A DNA stretch of 64,000 nt from an uncultured Candidatus Saccharibacteria bacterium (GTDB taxonomy: Bacteria; Patescibacteriota; Minisyncoccia; Minisyncoccales; CAYJUL01): positions 137,076 through 201,075 of the forward strand of contig CAYNXX010000001.1 in NCBI GenBank assembly GCA_964401295.1, given 5' to 3'. Within the stretch, counting starts at the first letter, position 1. Every line of letters starts with the position of its first letter. This document shows positions 49,220 to 59,182 of the stretch, in pieces. The notes under the pieces are model-generated. The model was not told the DNA's origin. It saw nothing but the letters and a program-made list of their open reading frames with translations, and did not search any database. Made by a program: the position numbers and the translations under genes.

Positions 49220-50164
49220 TTAGATACGCGAAACGCGGATGAATCCGGAACATGGTACAATTTCTATGCCAGCCTTTTCTAGTTCATCTGCCAAAAGATT
49301 CATACCTATCGAATCCGAAGACATATGGCCGGCGATAACCACGTTTAAATGCGCGGCCTCGGCCTCTTTTTTGTGCTCTTCCGAAACATGCATGCCGACA
49401 ACTGTGCCGATGCCAGCCTGAACCATTTTTTCGAAAAGGCGCGGCGATCCTTCCGTTCCGCCGGTAACTTCTGTAAGTGCGATTTTGCCACATCTTGAAT
49501 CTTCTGAGCCGACGAAAATCCTAGGGCCGGCTGCGTTTTTCATCGCTTCGCGGTATTCTGGAATATCCCTTAAAATTTTCATTAAATCGCTTATATATTC
49601 TGGGTTAGCTGCTTCTATCGTTTTTCTCAAAAAATTAGCCGCAAGATTATCGGAACTGGTATGCAGGCACATCAAATTGAACCCGAGAAGTCTGGCTGCG
49701 TCCACGGTGCGGCCATGATTCCTTGCATTGATTCCACGCGCCACTTCCGAAATACGCTCACGCATCAGACCTTCGGCAATATTTATCGGAACGCCATACT
49801 GGTTTAAAACATCGCACTGAAGTTCCATAACTTCGTGTAAAGCGGCGAGGGCCCTTCCGAGCGGATGATGAGAAATAATCAAATCTATATCACCTAGCTC
49901 TTTGGCGACTAAGACTTCGGCTGGATCAATGTCTATTCCGATTAAAACTTTTTTAACCGGCGCATCCGAAACCACATTTAATATTCGTGTGTCAGAATAC
50001 GGATTGGTCAGCGATTCCTCATCAAATTCTAATTTTTCGGCATCAGACATTTTTTTAAATTTAGCTTTCCGGCGTTCCAAAATTTTCTCTATGCGCGCGG
50101 GCAATCTAAAATCCGCCTGTATGCCCTTTTCAATCGCCAGTTGATAGATATCATGTGTATTCAT
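49220..50164 (-). CDS. NIF3-like (NGG1p-interacting factor 3) metal-binding protein
   Basis: GIDID, ISHHP, HTSSDN, AGHMSSDSIG. Confidence 0.8.
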   Translation of the reverse strand: MNTHDIYQLAIEKGIQADFRLPARIEKILERRKAKFKKMSDAEKLEFDEESLTNPYSDTRILNVVSDAPVKKVLIGIDIDPAEVLVAKELGDIDLIISHHPLGRALAALHEVMELQCDVLNQYGVPINIAEGLMRERISEVARGINARNHGRTVDAARLLGFNLMCLHTSSDNLAANFLRKTIEAANPEYISDLMKILRDIPEYREAMKNAAGPRIFVGSEDSRCGKIALTEVTGGTEGSPRLFEKMVQAGIGTVVGMHVSEEHKKEAEAAHLNVVIAGHMSSDSIGMNLLADELEKAGIEIVPCSGFIRVSRI

Positions 50165-50165
50165 G

Positions 50166-50303
50166 TTATTTTTTGATAAATTTTTGATAAAGCTCGTTGA
50201 TCAACTTTTTTTGCTCTTTTACGTCTAAAATTTCCCGCTTAATGCGGGCTTTTTCTTTGCGGATAAATTTTTTGAGACCTCTCGGAAGTCCGCTTTTGCT
50301 CAT
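50166..50303 (-). CDS. 45-aa basic small protein (below the ORF-track cut-off)
   Basis: MSKSGLPRGLKKFIRKEKARIKREILDVKEQKKLINELYQKFIKK; fills the rtcB-nif3 gap, stop 1 nt before the nif3 ATG. Confidence 0.7.
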   Translation of the reverse strand: MSKSGLPRGLKKFIRKEKARIKREILDVKEQKKLINELYQKFIKK

Positions 50304-50318
50304 ACTTATTGCCTAATT

Positions 50319-51776
50319 TTACTCGCCTTTGATTACTGCCAGCGGAACAAGCCTTGCCACCTTCCTTGCTAACCCTGCATTATGCACCACGTCCACAACT
50401 GCGTCAATGTCTTTATAAGCTATCGGCGCTTCTTCTGCAATGCCGCGCATTGACCAGCATTTAATAAGTATATTTTTCCTGCCAAGCTGTCTTATTACTT
50501 CTTGACCCGTAATTGCCCGCATTGCGGCGTGGCGCGACATCGCGCGACCGGCGCCATGACAAACCGTATGCCAGGCTTGTTTTGACTCCGCAGTACCGGC
50601 AAACACGTAAGAAACTGTGCCCATGGACCCTGGAATTAAAACCGGCTGGCCGGTTTTTTGGTAGTGGCCGCCAAGTTCCGGATGGCCGGGAGGAAAAGCC
50701 CGCGTCGCGCCCTTTCGGTGCACACAAAGCTTCATTTTTTTGCCGTTAACTTCGTAGTCTTCTATTTTCGCAATATTATGAGCGACATCGTAAAGGAGTT
50801 CAAGCTTATCACCTTTTCCCAAAACCGACTCCCAAGCTTTTCTGGTGTGATGGGTAATCATATGGCGGTTGGCCCAGGCAAAGTTGGCCGCTGCGCACAT
50901 GGCGCCGAAAAATCTCTGGCCCTCTGGTGATGTAAACGGCACGCAGGCAAGTTCGGCGTCTGGAATTTTAATGCGGTACTTTGACATCGCGCTCATCATA
51001 ATTTTCAGATAATCCGTGCAGTTTTGATGGCCGCAGCCGCGCGATCCGGTATGAATCATCACCACAACCTGATTTTGGAACAGCCCAAACTCTTTTGCGG
51101 TTTCTTCATCTAAAATCTGTTCCACTTTCTGTATCTCCAGAAAGTGATTTCCTGAACCTAATGTGCCGACTTGATTCGCCCCGCGTTTTTTTGCGTGTTC
51201 CGATACCGCGGAGCTATCTGCCTCGGCTAATCTTCCGCCGGCTTCGCAATTTTCCGCGTCATCGTCATTTCCATAGCCAAGTTCAATAAGCTTGGGTATT
51301 CCACCGTCTAAAATCTGATTTATTTGGGCCATGCTCATTTTCGTCCGATGCCCACGCCCCAAGCCAGATGGAACTTCTTTTTGCACAATACTAGCTATTT
51401 TATCCAAATGGGATTTTATTTCTTCGGCGGTATGACTAGACTTTAATAATCTTACGCCACAATTCTGATCATATCCTATTCCCCCAGGAGAGATCACTCC
51501 GGTAGCGGCATCGGTGGCTGCTACTCCGCCTATAGGAAAGCCGTAGCCTTCGTGCATATCAGGCATGGCAATACTGTAATTAACAATTCCGGCTAGCGTT
51601 GCGACATTTACCAATTGTTCCAGCGATCTATCTTTAAAAGATTCTTCCAACATTTTTTCCGAAATATAAGCCCTCGCCGGAACAAGCATATCCGGCCTGA
51701 ACGAGGATGGGATTTCCCAAATCCATTCCGAAATCTTTTTAAAATCTTTTTTTATAAGCATGCTTTTATATATCAA
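50319..51776 (-). CDS. rtcB: RNA 3'-phosphate/5'-OH ligase RtcB
   Basis: MPDMHEGYGFPIG, GYDQNCG, GSGNHF, HTGSRG, HRKGAT, HGAGR. Confidence 0.96.
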   Translation of the reverse strand: MIYKSMLIKKDFKKISEWIWEIPSSFRPDMLVPARAYISEKMLEESFKDRSLEQLVNVATLAGIVNYSIAMPDMHEGYGFPIGGVAATDAATGVISPGGIGYDQNCGVRLLKSSHTAEEIKSHLDKIASIVQKEVPSGLGRGHRTKMSMAQINQILDGGIPKLIELGYGNDDDAENCEAGGRLAEADSSAVSEHAKKRGANQVGTLGSGNHFLEIQKVEQILDEETAKEFGLFQNQVVVMIHTGSRGCGHQNCTDYLKIMMSAMSKYRIKIPDAELACVPFTSPEGQRFFGAMCAAANFAWANRHMITHHTRKAWESVLGKGDKLELLYDVAHNIAKIEDYEVNGKKMKLCVHRKGATRAFPPGHPELGGHYQKTGQPVLIPGSMGTVSYVFAGTAESKQAWHTVCHGAGRAMSRHAAMRAITGQEVIRQLGRKNILIKCWSMRGIAEEAPIAYKDIDAVVDVVHNAGLARKVARLVPLAVIKGE

Positions 51777-52173
51777 AAACTATATCAGCCTCCCAATGGT
51801 CAGCGACCTCTAGGATTTTAAGGCCGTGGTAAGTAACCGCTTTTATTTCTCCTCCGAACTCGTTGACTTTATAGCCCGAGACTTGCGCTTCCAATCTTGT
51901 ATCGCTAAATTTTAAAAATTTAGCGCAGATATATACTTCCCAATGCGTTTGCGCCAGATAATTGACCTCGCCTAAAAAATCAACTAAAAGCGCGTTTATA
52001 TCAGGAGAAATTATTTTTATTTTTCTTACCGCCATTTGACCACCCTTTTCTTTTTTTGTTTTCAAAACAGCCATCATGCCAAGCATTGCATTCAAAAAAA
52101 GGTCTTGTTTTGCTTTTCCGAAAACCTTTATTTTCGCGTCGGCTGTATGTTCTAAAATCTCGTATTTTTTCAT
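51766..52173 (-). CDS. Archease
   Basis: YEILEHTAD, IKAVTYH, C-terminal FDI. Confidence 0.93.
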   Translation of the reverse strand: MKKYEILEHTADAKIKVFGKAKQDLFLNAMLGMMAVLKTKKEKGGQMAVRKIKIISPDINALLVDFLGEVNYLAQTHWEVYICAKFLKFSDTRLEAQVSGYKVNEFGGEIKAVTYHGLKILEVADHWEADIVFDI

Positions 52174-52246
52174 ATATCTTTATTTTATAACGTAGCGGGG
52201 ATATACAATAGTAGTGCTAAGATTTTAATGGGGTTATAATTAAATT

Positions 52247-53365
52247 ATGGATATCGGCATTCCAAAAGAAATAAAAAGCGGCGAATATCGCATCGCTTTC
52301 GCGCCAGAGGGAATCGCTGCCTTAGTTAAGGCCGGCCATAAAGTAATCATTGAAGATGGGGCCGGCGAGGGCAGTGGATTTAAAAACTCGGATTACGTTC
52401 GATACGGAGCGAAAATCGCAGGCGAAGCCGAAGATGTCTGGCGATCGTCTTTAATAATCAAAGTCAAAGAGCCTCAATATAAAGAATATAAAATGCTTAT
52501 GCCGGGCCAAACTCTGTTTAGCTATCTACACCTTGCGGCATCGCCAGGGTTGGTAAGAATCCTTTGCAAAAAAAGAATAACCGCCATTGATTATGCTACC
52601 GTGCAAACGCCTGATGGATTTTTACCGCTTCTAAAGCCGATGAGCGAAGTCGCGGGAAAATTATCCGTGCAAATAGGGGCAAGGTTATTAGAAAGAGGTA
52701 GAGGGGGAAGGGGAATTTTAATTGGGGGGACTTCTGCTGTGCCTCCGGCCACTGTTTTGATTCTCGGCGGAGGAACTGTCGGTTCAAACGCGGCCGCAAT
52801 TGCCCTCGGCATGGGGGCGAAAGTCATTTTGTTTGAAAAAAATGCCGGCAAAATGCAACAGCTTAAAAAAATATTCCGCAGATTCCACAGAAATTTCAGC
52901 GTCATACCTGTCTCTCCCGTAAAAATAGAAAAATTTCTGCCGATAACCGATTTGCTCATCGGCGCGATTCTGATACCCGGAGCCAAAGCGCCAAAAATAA
53001 TCAACAAGGGTCATGTCCAAAAAATGCCTACAGGTTCGGCTATTGTGGATGTCGCAATCGATCAAGGAGGATGCATAGAAACATCCCATGCGACAACCCA
53101 TAAAAATCCGCTGTTCGTAAAATATGGAGTTTTGCATTATTGTGTGACCAACATACCAAGTTTAGTATCGCGAACATCAACCATTGCGCTCACAAATGCA
53201 ACTCTGCCGTATGTTTTAGAGCTTGCCAGCACGCCGATTGCAAAAATCGCCAAGCAAAACTCTACCCTAGCCAATGGTATAAACATTTATAATGGAAAAA
53301 TAACCCATCGAGGTTTGGCCGAATCGCTTGGACTTCGCTATTTTACATTGACTGATTTATTATAA
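52247..53365 (+). CDS. ald: Alanine dehydrogenase
   Basis: IGIPKEIK..EYR, KVKEP, YLHLAA, PMSEVAG, DVAIDQGGC. Confidence 0.93.
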   Translation: MDIGIPKEIKSGEYRIAFAPEGIAALVKAGHKVIIEDGAGEGSGFKNSDYVRYGAKIAGEAEDVWRSSLIIKVKEPQYKEYKMLMPGQTLFSYLHLAASPGLVRILCKKRITAIDYATVQTPDGFLPLLKPMSEVAGKLSVQIGARLLERGRGGRGILIGGTSAVPPATVLILGGGTVGSNAAAIALGMGAKVILFEKNAGKMQQLKKIFRRFHRNFSVIPVSPVKIEKFLPITDLLIGAILIPGAKAPKIINKGHVQKMPTGSAIVDVAIDQGGCIETSHATTHKNPLFVKYGVLHYCVTNIPSLVSRTSTIALTNATLPYVLELASTPIAKIAKQNSTLANGINIYNGKITHRGLAESLGLRYFTLTDLL

Positions 53366-53517
53366 CTACATTTTACGGCATATTTTAAAAATAAATCCGA
53401 TTTGTTTGATTTTTAGGCAACTACTATGTTCATATGACACTGCGCGGACATGCATCAAAAATTCCATAATTTCGAATCAAAAGACGCTGGGTCAAAAAAA
53501 AGAGGCAGGTGCCTCTT

Positions 53518-54240
53518 TTATCTTTGAAGTGCGGATTTAAGATCTATGATTCCTTCCGCGGTTATTGAATTTACTTTTATTATTTTAGGATGCGCACTGA
53601 ACGATAACTCCACAAACGCAGCCTCAGTCCCCGGTAAATCCGATTTATTAAGAACAATTACATCGGCGACTTCAAGTACTCCAGCTTTCATAAATTGAAT
53701 TCCATCTCCCAGACCGGGCATCAAGACCAAAACGAGTTTATCTACTGCATTTTTTATTCCAGTGTCTTCCTGGCCGACGCCGATCGTTTCTATTATCACG
53801 ACCCGGATGCCTAAAAGTTCCAGTGCTTTAATAATAAGCGGTGTTGCCTGAATTACTCCATGACAATGCGAACGCATGGCGAAACTGCGTATGAAAACTT
53901 GTTTATCGGCGCAATGTTCCTGCATCCTGACTCTATCGCCTAAAACCGCTCCGCCGCTTAGAGAACTTACCGGATCCATAGTCAGGACTCCGACTCCAAA
54001 ACCATCTTGCCTGAATGTTTTAATCAGCCGGTTAATCAATGTGCTTTTCCCCACGCCGCCTGGACCAGTAATGCCAATTACCAATGTTTCTTTTTCGCGG
54101 CCCCCTAGCTTTGTAATCGCTTTTCTTGCGCCTTGGTGACCGCGCTCCAAAAGCGTAATCAATTTTGCCGCGGCATGACGGTCGCCATTTCTCGTCAACT
54201 CAACTAGATTTTTTGCGGAAATTCGTTTAGTGCCAGCCAT
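53518..54240 (-). CDS. MeaB/ArgK-family GTPase (short, lacks the C-terminal dimerisation arm)
   Basis: GITGPGGVGKST, DP.S..SGGAVLGDRVRM, ETIGVGQ, NKSD; start placed at MAGTK after AAGGAG. Confidence 0.88.
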   Translation of the reverse strand: MAGTKRISAKNLVELTRNGDRHAAAKLITLLERGHQGARKAITKLGGREKETLVIGITGPGGVGKSTLINRLIKTFRQDGFGVGVLTMDPVSSLSGGAVLGDRVRMQEHCADKQVFIRSFAMRSHCHGVIQATPLIIKALELLGIRVVIIETIGVGQEDTGIKNAVDKLVLVLMPGLGDGIQFMKAGVLEVADVIVLNKSDLPGTEAAFVELSFSAHPKIIKVNSITAEGIIDLKSALQR

Positions 54241-54250
54241 TTTCTTCTCC

Positions 54251-55834
54251 TTATAGCGGAGCGAAACCGCGGCGCAGCGTATTCTCGCTAAGGGTTTTTT
54301 GGTACATAAAGCGCAGAAGATAATCTCGACTTCCGGCCTTGGAACCAGTGCCGGAAAATTTCCAGCCGCCGAAAGGCTGACGCGAAACGAAGGCACCAAT
54401 AATTTTTCGGTTTATGTAAAAATTGCCGACGTTGCATTCTTTTTTTGCGCATTCTATATGGCTCGGTAGACGCGAATAAAGCCCACCGGTCAGCGCGTAT
54501 TCAGAATCGTTAAAAATCTCAAGTGCCTGATCGAAACTTTCGGCTTTTATAATCGCAAGCACCGGACCGAAAATTTCTTCCTTAGCGATGCGCGCATTTT
54601 GATCGACATCGGTGAAGATTACCGGTGGATGATAATATCCACGCTCGGCCAGCCCCGCTGGCAGATTGCCAAAATATGCCAAGATCCCTTCGCTTTTTCC
54701 GATTTCAACATATTCTTTTACTTTTTCCAGAGCTTTATCGTCAATCAGTGGGCCCAAAAATACGGATGGATCTTCTGGCGATCCGATTTTCAGGCTTCGC
54801 GCAGCTTCAATCAAACGGGCGAGAAATACATCGTGAACATTGCCAACAGTAATAACAACGCTGCAGGCCGAACACTTCTGACCCTGGGCGCTAAGCCATG
54901 ATTCTTTTACCCCGCGCACCGCTTCGTCCAAATCCGCATCGCTATCAATAATAATCCTATCCTTTCCTCCGAACTCGCCTACAAGTATTTCCTTAAAACC
55001 GTATTCGCATGGATTTTCAGCGCAGACTTTTTGGAGCCGCAAACCGGTTTCTTTTGATCCGGTAATGGCAATGCCAATAATCTTGCTGTGCGCCGCAAGC
55101 GCCTCGCCAACTTCTGAACCAGAACCTGGAATGAAATTCAATACTCCCGACGGCAAACCGGCCTCGCAGAAAATTTCCGCGATTTTATATCCGGAAATTG
55201 CGGCAAGTGAAGCTGGCTTGAACACAACTGTGTTTCCTGTAACTATTGGCGCCGAAACCATTCCGACATTGATTGAAAACGGGAAATTCCACGTGCCGAA
55301 AACGGCTACTACACCCCTCGGAACATACCATGTTTTATTATTTTCTCCAGGAATGTCTTTAGTGATTCTCGCGGATCCAAATTCAAGCATCCGCCTGGCA
55401 TAAAATTCTAGAAAGTCTACGGCCTCGGCGATATCGCCATCAGCCTCCTGCCAACTTTTTCCGACTTCAAAAATTATCCAGGCTATAAGCTCAAGACGAC
55501 GCCTTCGCATTATCTCGGCGGCACGCAAGAGACATCGCGCTCTTTCTTTATAGGGCGTTTTTTTCCACGCATCCCATGCATTATAAGCTGCATAGCAAGC
55601 CGTATCCACCATTTGCGAATTTGCGCTTGAAACAAAACCTGCTACCTCGCGAAAATTTGATGGATTGCGCGAAATAATACTTTTTGAAAGAAACATGTAC
55701 TGGCCATTTATAATCAGGGGGTAATTCCTTCCGAGCTTTTGTCTAACTGTCGTGAGCGCCTGAACCATTCTTTTTTGATTTTTCTTGCTCGACCAATCTA
55801 TCAGGGGTTCGTTTTTAAATGTTCTCATTTCCAT
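54251..55834 (-). CDS. L-glutamate-gamma-semialdehyde (P5C) dehydrogenase
   Basis: FKNEP, EAVDFLEFY, WNFP, EFGGK, GQKCSACS, EEIFGP, QPFGG. Confidence 0.92.
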   Translation of the reverse strand: MEMRTFKNEPLIDWSSKKNQKRMVQALTTVRQKLGRNYPLIINGQYMFLSKSIISRNPSNFREVAGFVSSANSQMVDTACYAAYNAWDAWKKTPYKERARCLLRAAEIMRRRRLELIAWIIFEVGKSWQEADGDIAEAVDFLEFYARRMLEFGSARITKDIPGENNKTWYVPRGVVAVFGTWNFPFSINVGMVSAPIVTGNTVVFKPASLAAISGYKIAEIFCEAGLPSGVLNFIPGSGSEVGEALAAHSKIIGIAITGSKETGLRLQKVCAENPCEYGFKEILVGEFGGKDRIIIDSDADLDEAVRGVKESWLSAQGQKCSACSVVITVGNVHDVFLARLIEAARSLKIGSPEDPSVFLGPLIDDKALEKVKEYVEIGKSEGILAYFGNLPAGLAERGYYHPPVIFTDVDQNARIAKEEIFGPVLAIIKAESFDQALEIFNDSEYALTGGLYSRLPSHIECAKKECNVGNFYINRKIIGAFVSRQPFGGWKFSGTGSKAGSRDYLLRFMYQKTLSENTLRRGFAPL

Positions 55835-55852
55835 TTATCCCTCCTGCGTGCA

Positions 55853-57103
55853 TTAGCGTTGGGCAAAAAATGCTGAGCTTGTCTGCGAGGTATTTTCTAA
55901 AAGGCGCCGCGCAAGATAGCTCATGCCCTCAACCATATTACCGATGCCTATATATACTCTTAATGGAAAACCCATTTCGGCTATTGGTCTAATTAGTGGA
56001 TGGCCAAGGCCGTAAAGAACTTGGATCTCTAGGGCATCTTTGGGCAAACGTAATTCTTGAACTTTTGCCATTGCATACGCTAGAGAATCAATGTTGTGGC
56101 TGCCCACTGAAGTTTTAATCAGGGGATAAGCCGCAAGGGCCAGATCAATATTTCTTTTAAAGCTTTCGTTGGTCAGTTCCTGTTTTTCGTAAACCGGAAT
56201 TGGCCAAATTTTTTGCTTTGCCATAATCACTTCATAATCCCAATAAGCACCCTTCACGAGGCGGATTCCAAAAGAACCACATTCTTCTGCAATACTAATT
56301 ACCCGACCAAGTACTTTCTCTGAATCTTTAAGATATGTCTGGAGGGCTATGGTCAAGTCAATGAAGCCGTGAAAACTCGTAACAGCTTGCTTAAAAATTT
56401 GCAGCGTTAGGTCGCGAAAATAATATTGCTCCATATCAACGGTTATCCTGCCGTGGAGTGGCGCGATGGCAGAACAAATATCGTCGAGTCTGGCCAAAAC
56501 CGCGTCCGATGAATCTTTGGCGGCAAGGGGATCAAACTGAGAATAGAGAGAAGATAGCTTCAAAGACAAATCTATTTCAAAACCAAGACTACCGAGCATT
56601 CTTGTCAAAGAAACATATTTTTCCTTGTAGCATTCGGCCTCGGCTTCGCTTAATACCGCCTCTCCGAGGATATCCAGCGAATGTTTTACGCCAAGACCTT
56701 GTAAGTCTGTCAGACATTTTTTAAGCTCTGATTTTTCCGGCTGCACCATAAACTGGCTAGCTATGAAGTTTACCAATTTTCTAGCAGATGTTGCCGTTAT
56801 CTTGCTAAGGGGCGACTTACCTATCATCGAGGAAGAACCCTTTGCGCAGCAAAAATACTCAAACGCATGTCGATAGATTGCCTCGTCGGCTAAGAGAGCT
56901 GGAAAAACGTCAACAAACTGAAGCGTTTGCATTCTAAGTTTTGGATTGCGCATCAATCTTTTCATTACCAACTGCCGCCACCAATAAATAGTGGTCAATG
57001 CCCTAGTTTCTTTTCCGACAAGACTATAGAGGTCTGATTTAATCGCTTCCTGGATTTGCTGAATTCCCATTAGCATCCTCTTTGTCAATGTGCATCTTGG
57101 CAT
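55853..57103 (-). CDS. Proline dehydrogenase (PutA N-terminal half-like); start uncertain
   Basis: QFVDVFP, DILGEA, SLKLSSL, VDME, RLVKGAYWD, SHN, RRLLEN. Confidence 0.9.
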   Translation of the reverse strand: MPRCTLTKRMLMGIQQIQEAIKSDLYSLVGKETRALTTIYWWRQLVMKRLMRNPKLRMQTLQFVDVFPALLADEAIYRHAFEYFCCAKGSSSMIGKSPLSKITATSARKLVNFIASQFMVQPEKSELKKCLTDLQGLGVKHSLDILGEAVLSEAEAECYKEKYVSLTRMLGSLGFEIDLSLKLSSLYSQFDPLAAKDSSDAVLARLDDICSAIAPLHGRITVDMEQYYFRDLTLQIFKQAVTSFHGFIDLTIALQTYLKDSEKVLGRVISIAEECGSFGIRLVKGAYWDYEVIMAKQKIWPIPVYEKQELTNESFKRNIDLALAAYPLIKTSVGSHNIDSLAYAMAKVQELRLPKDALEIQVLYGLGHPLIRPIAEMGFPLRVYIGIGNMVEGMSYLARRLLENTSQTSSAFFAQR

Positions 57104-57148
57104 CTTATACCCCGATCTTAAGGGCTGTCAAATAAAAAGCGGCGCCGC

Positions 57149-58492
57149 TTAGCGCCGCTTTTTATTTATAATCCGCATTTCCTCTAAAACTATTTTTCTA
57201 TCATCCCATGGAATTTTTTTGCCGCGGGCCAAACACATCCACGGTTCAGAACCCTTACCAGTGATAATGACCATATCGCCTTTCCTAGCAACGGCCAAAG
57301 CTTTACGTATAGCCTCTCTGCGATCAAGAATTTTGAAAATCGAAGGTCGGAAATTGGAAATTCCAGATTCTATCTGAGAAATAATTCGGTGCGGATCTTC
57401 ATCATAAGGATCTTCGTCGGTAAGAATTATGCGATCGCAATTTCGAGCTGCTATTTTACCCATCTCTGGCCTTTTCCATTTATCCCTTCCCCCTCCGGCC
57501 GAACCCAATATGCAAATTAATTTTGAGCGCCGACTGGTTTGTAGATCCCGCATGGCTTGATAAACCTTGATTAAAGCATCCGGCGTATGGGCATAATCAA
57601 CCACAACCTTGAAGAGTTTTGTAGTAACGATTTCCATTCTACCTGGAACGCTGTGCATATTTTGTATAGACTTTTTAATTGTCGAAAGATCTATACCCTG
57701 TGACAAGGCTATACAGGTGGCGGCTAAAAAATTATAAAGATTAAATCTTCCGAAAAGAGGAAGGATGGTTTTTTCTCCATTGATTTGAAGCTGAAAACCC
57801 CTTGGCGAAGATTTATATTTATCGATTTCTATTATTTTTATAGGCTTCTCTATTTTCACAGATTTTTTGCCGGTTTTTATTCGGTAACCATATTTCTCAT
57901 CTGCATGAAAATTAAAAAAATAATTCGCATTTTCATCGTCAAAATTAACCACGAAAACTTTTGGAATCGCAATCCCAAAAAAATTTTTAGGACGATTGAT
58001 TTTTAATTTTTTAAAAAGTTCTCCCTTGGCCGCTCTGTATTCGTTAAAACCGCCATGGCTTTCTATGTGTTCTGGCGTCAGATTGGTTAACGCCGCTACG
58101 TCAAACTCAATAAAGCGGTGTCTTTGCTGTTTTATGCCCTCGGAAGTAACTTCCAAAACCGCATATTTGCAGCCAGCGTCAACCGCTTCTTTTAAAAATC
58201 TCTGTAGGCCAATGCGGCCAGGCATAGTCATCTTAAGCAGATTCGGACGTTCTTTCGCGCCGATTTTAAAACGCACGGAGGATGCTGATGCTGTTTTAAA
58301 ACCGGCTTCTTCAAAAATGCTGTGGCACATATCAACTACTGTTGACTTGCCGTTGGTACCGGTTACAGCCACAACTATCAATTTTTTGGATGGAAAACCG
58401 TACAAAAAAGCACCCAAAGCAGGCCAACATAAATAGTAAAAATCCAGCAGAAAATCCGGGACGAATTTACGCAAAATATTTTTCACTCCCAT
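57149..58492 (-). CDS. murE: UDP-MurNAc-tripeptide synthetase
   Basis: VTGTNGKS, EVTS, DYAHTPD, GGGRD..KRP, GKG. Confidence 0.9.
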   Translation of the reverse strand: MGVKNILRKFVPDFLLDFYYLCWPALGAFLYGFPSKKLIVVAVTGTNGKSTVVDMCHSIFEEAGFKTASASSVRFKIGAKERPNLLKMTMPGRIGLQRFLKEAVDAGCKYAVLEVTSEGIKQQRHRFIEFDVAALTNLTPEHIESHGGFNEYRAAKGELFKKLKINRPKNFFGIAIPKVFVVNFDDENANYFFNFHADEKYGYRIKTGKKSVKIEKPIKIIEIDKYKSSPRGFQLQINGEKTILPLFGRFNLYNFLAATCIALSQGIDLSTIKKSIQNMHSVPGRMEIVTTKLFKVVVDYAHTPDALIKVYQAMRDLQTSRRSKLICILGSAGGGRDKWKRPEMGKIAARNCDRIILTDEDPYDEDPHRIISQIESGISNFRPSIFKILDRREAIRKALAVARKGDMVIITGKGSEPWMCLARGKKIPWDDRKIVLEEMRIINKKRR

Positions 58493-58583
58493 ACAAGATT
58501 AACTATCATATTTATTTAAAATATAAAGACTAGGGCCGAAAATAAAAACCCAGCTGCGGCAAAGGGCCTGACATATTATCTGA

Positions 58584-59165
58584 TTAGCGCTGGCTGGATT
58601 GCCGTCCCAATATTCTTAATGCTTCTTTGATTTTTTTATCGGTATCTTTTATTTCCGGCGCGACCTTGGCAAGAGCGTTTTTGGCATCTTCGCGGCTAAA
58701 GCCTAAAGAGACAAGTGCGTCAAATGCCTCATCGTGTTCGCGTGCCAAGGGAACGACTTTAAGTTCTTGTATCCTCCCTGTTATTTCGAGAATTATTTTC
58801 TGCATTTTTTTCTTTCCTATCCCTTTTATTTCTCCCAACAGTTTTTCCGGATCTTTTTCTATTATTTCTTTGAGTTTTGCCAGCGAACCAAACGAAGACA
58901 GAATTAAGGCGGTTTTGGGACCGATGCCGGAAATATTATTTAAAACATCAAATAACTCAAGCTCTTCTGGCCTCAAAAACCCGTATAATTCAATGGCGTC
59001 CTCCCGGAGATAAAGCCGCGTGTAAACCTTGAGTGTCAGGTCGGTTTTTGATAATCTTAAAAGAGTTTTTCCAGATAAAAAAATTTTATATCCTATGTCA
59101 TGCACATCCAAAATGATAAAGTCTTCGCCACGAAAAATAATATTGCCGCTAAGATAAGAGATCAT
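58584..59165 (-). CDS. ruvA: Holliday junction branch migration protein RuvA
   Basis: REDAIELYGF, ISGIGPK, AL.SLGF. Confidence 0.95.
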   Translation of the reverse strand: MISYLSGNIIFRGEDFIILDVHDIGYKIFLSGKTLLRLSKTDLTLKVYTRLYLREDAIELYGFLRPEELELFDVLNNISGIGPKTALILSSFGSLAKLKEIIEKDPEKLLGEIKGIGKKKMQKIILEITGRIQELKVVPLAREHDEAFDALVSLGFSREDAKNALAKVAPEIKDTDKKIKEALRILGRQSSQR

Positions 59166-59182
59166 TATTTTAATATAGCATA

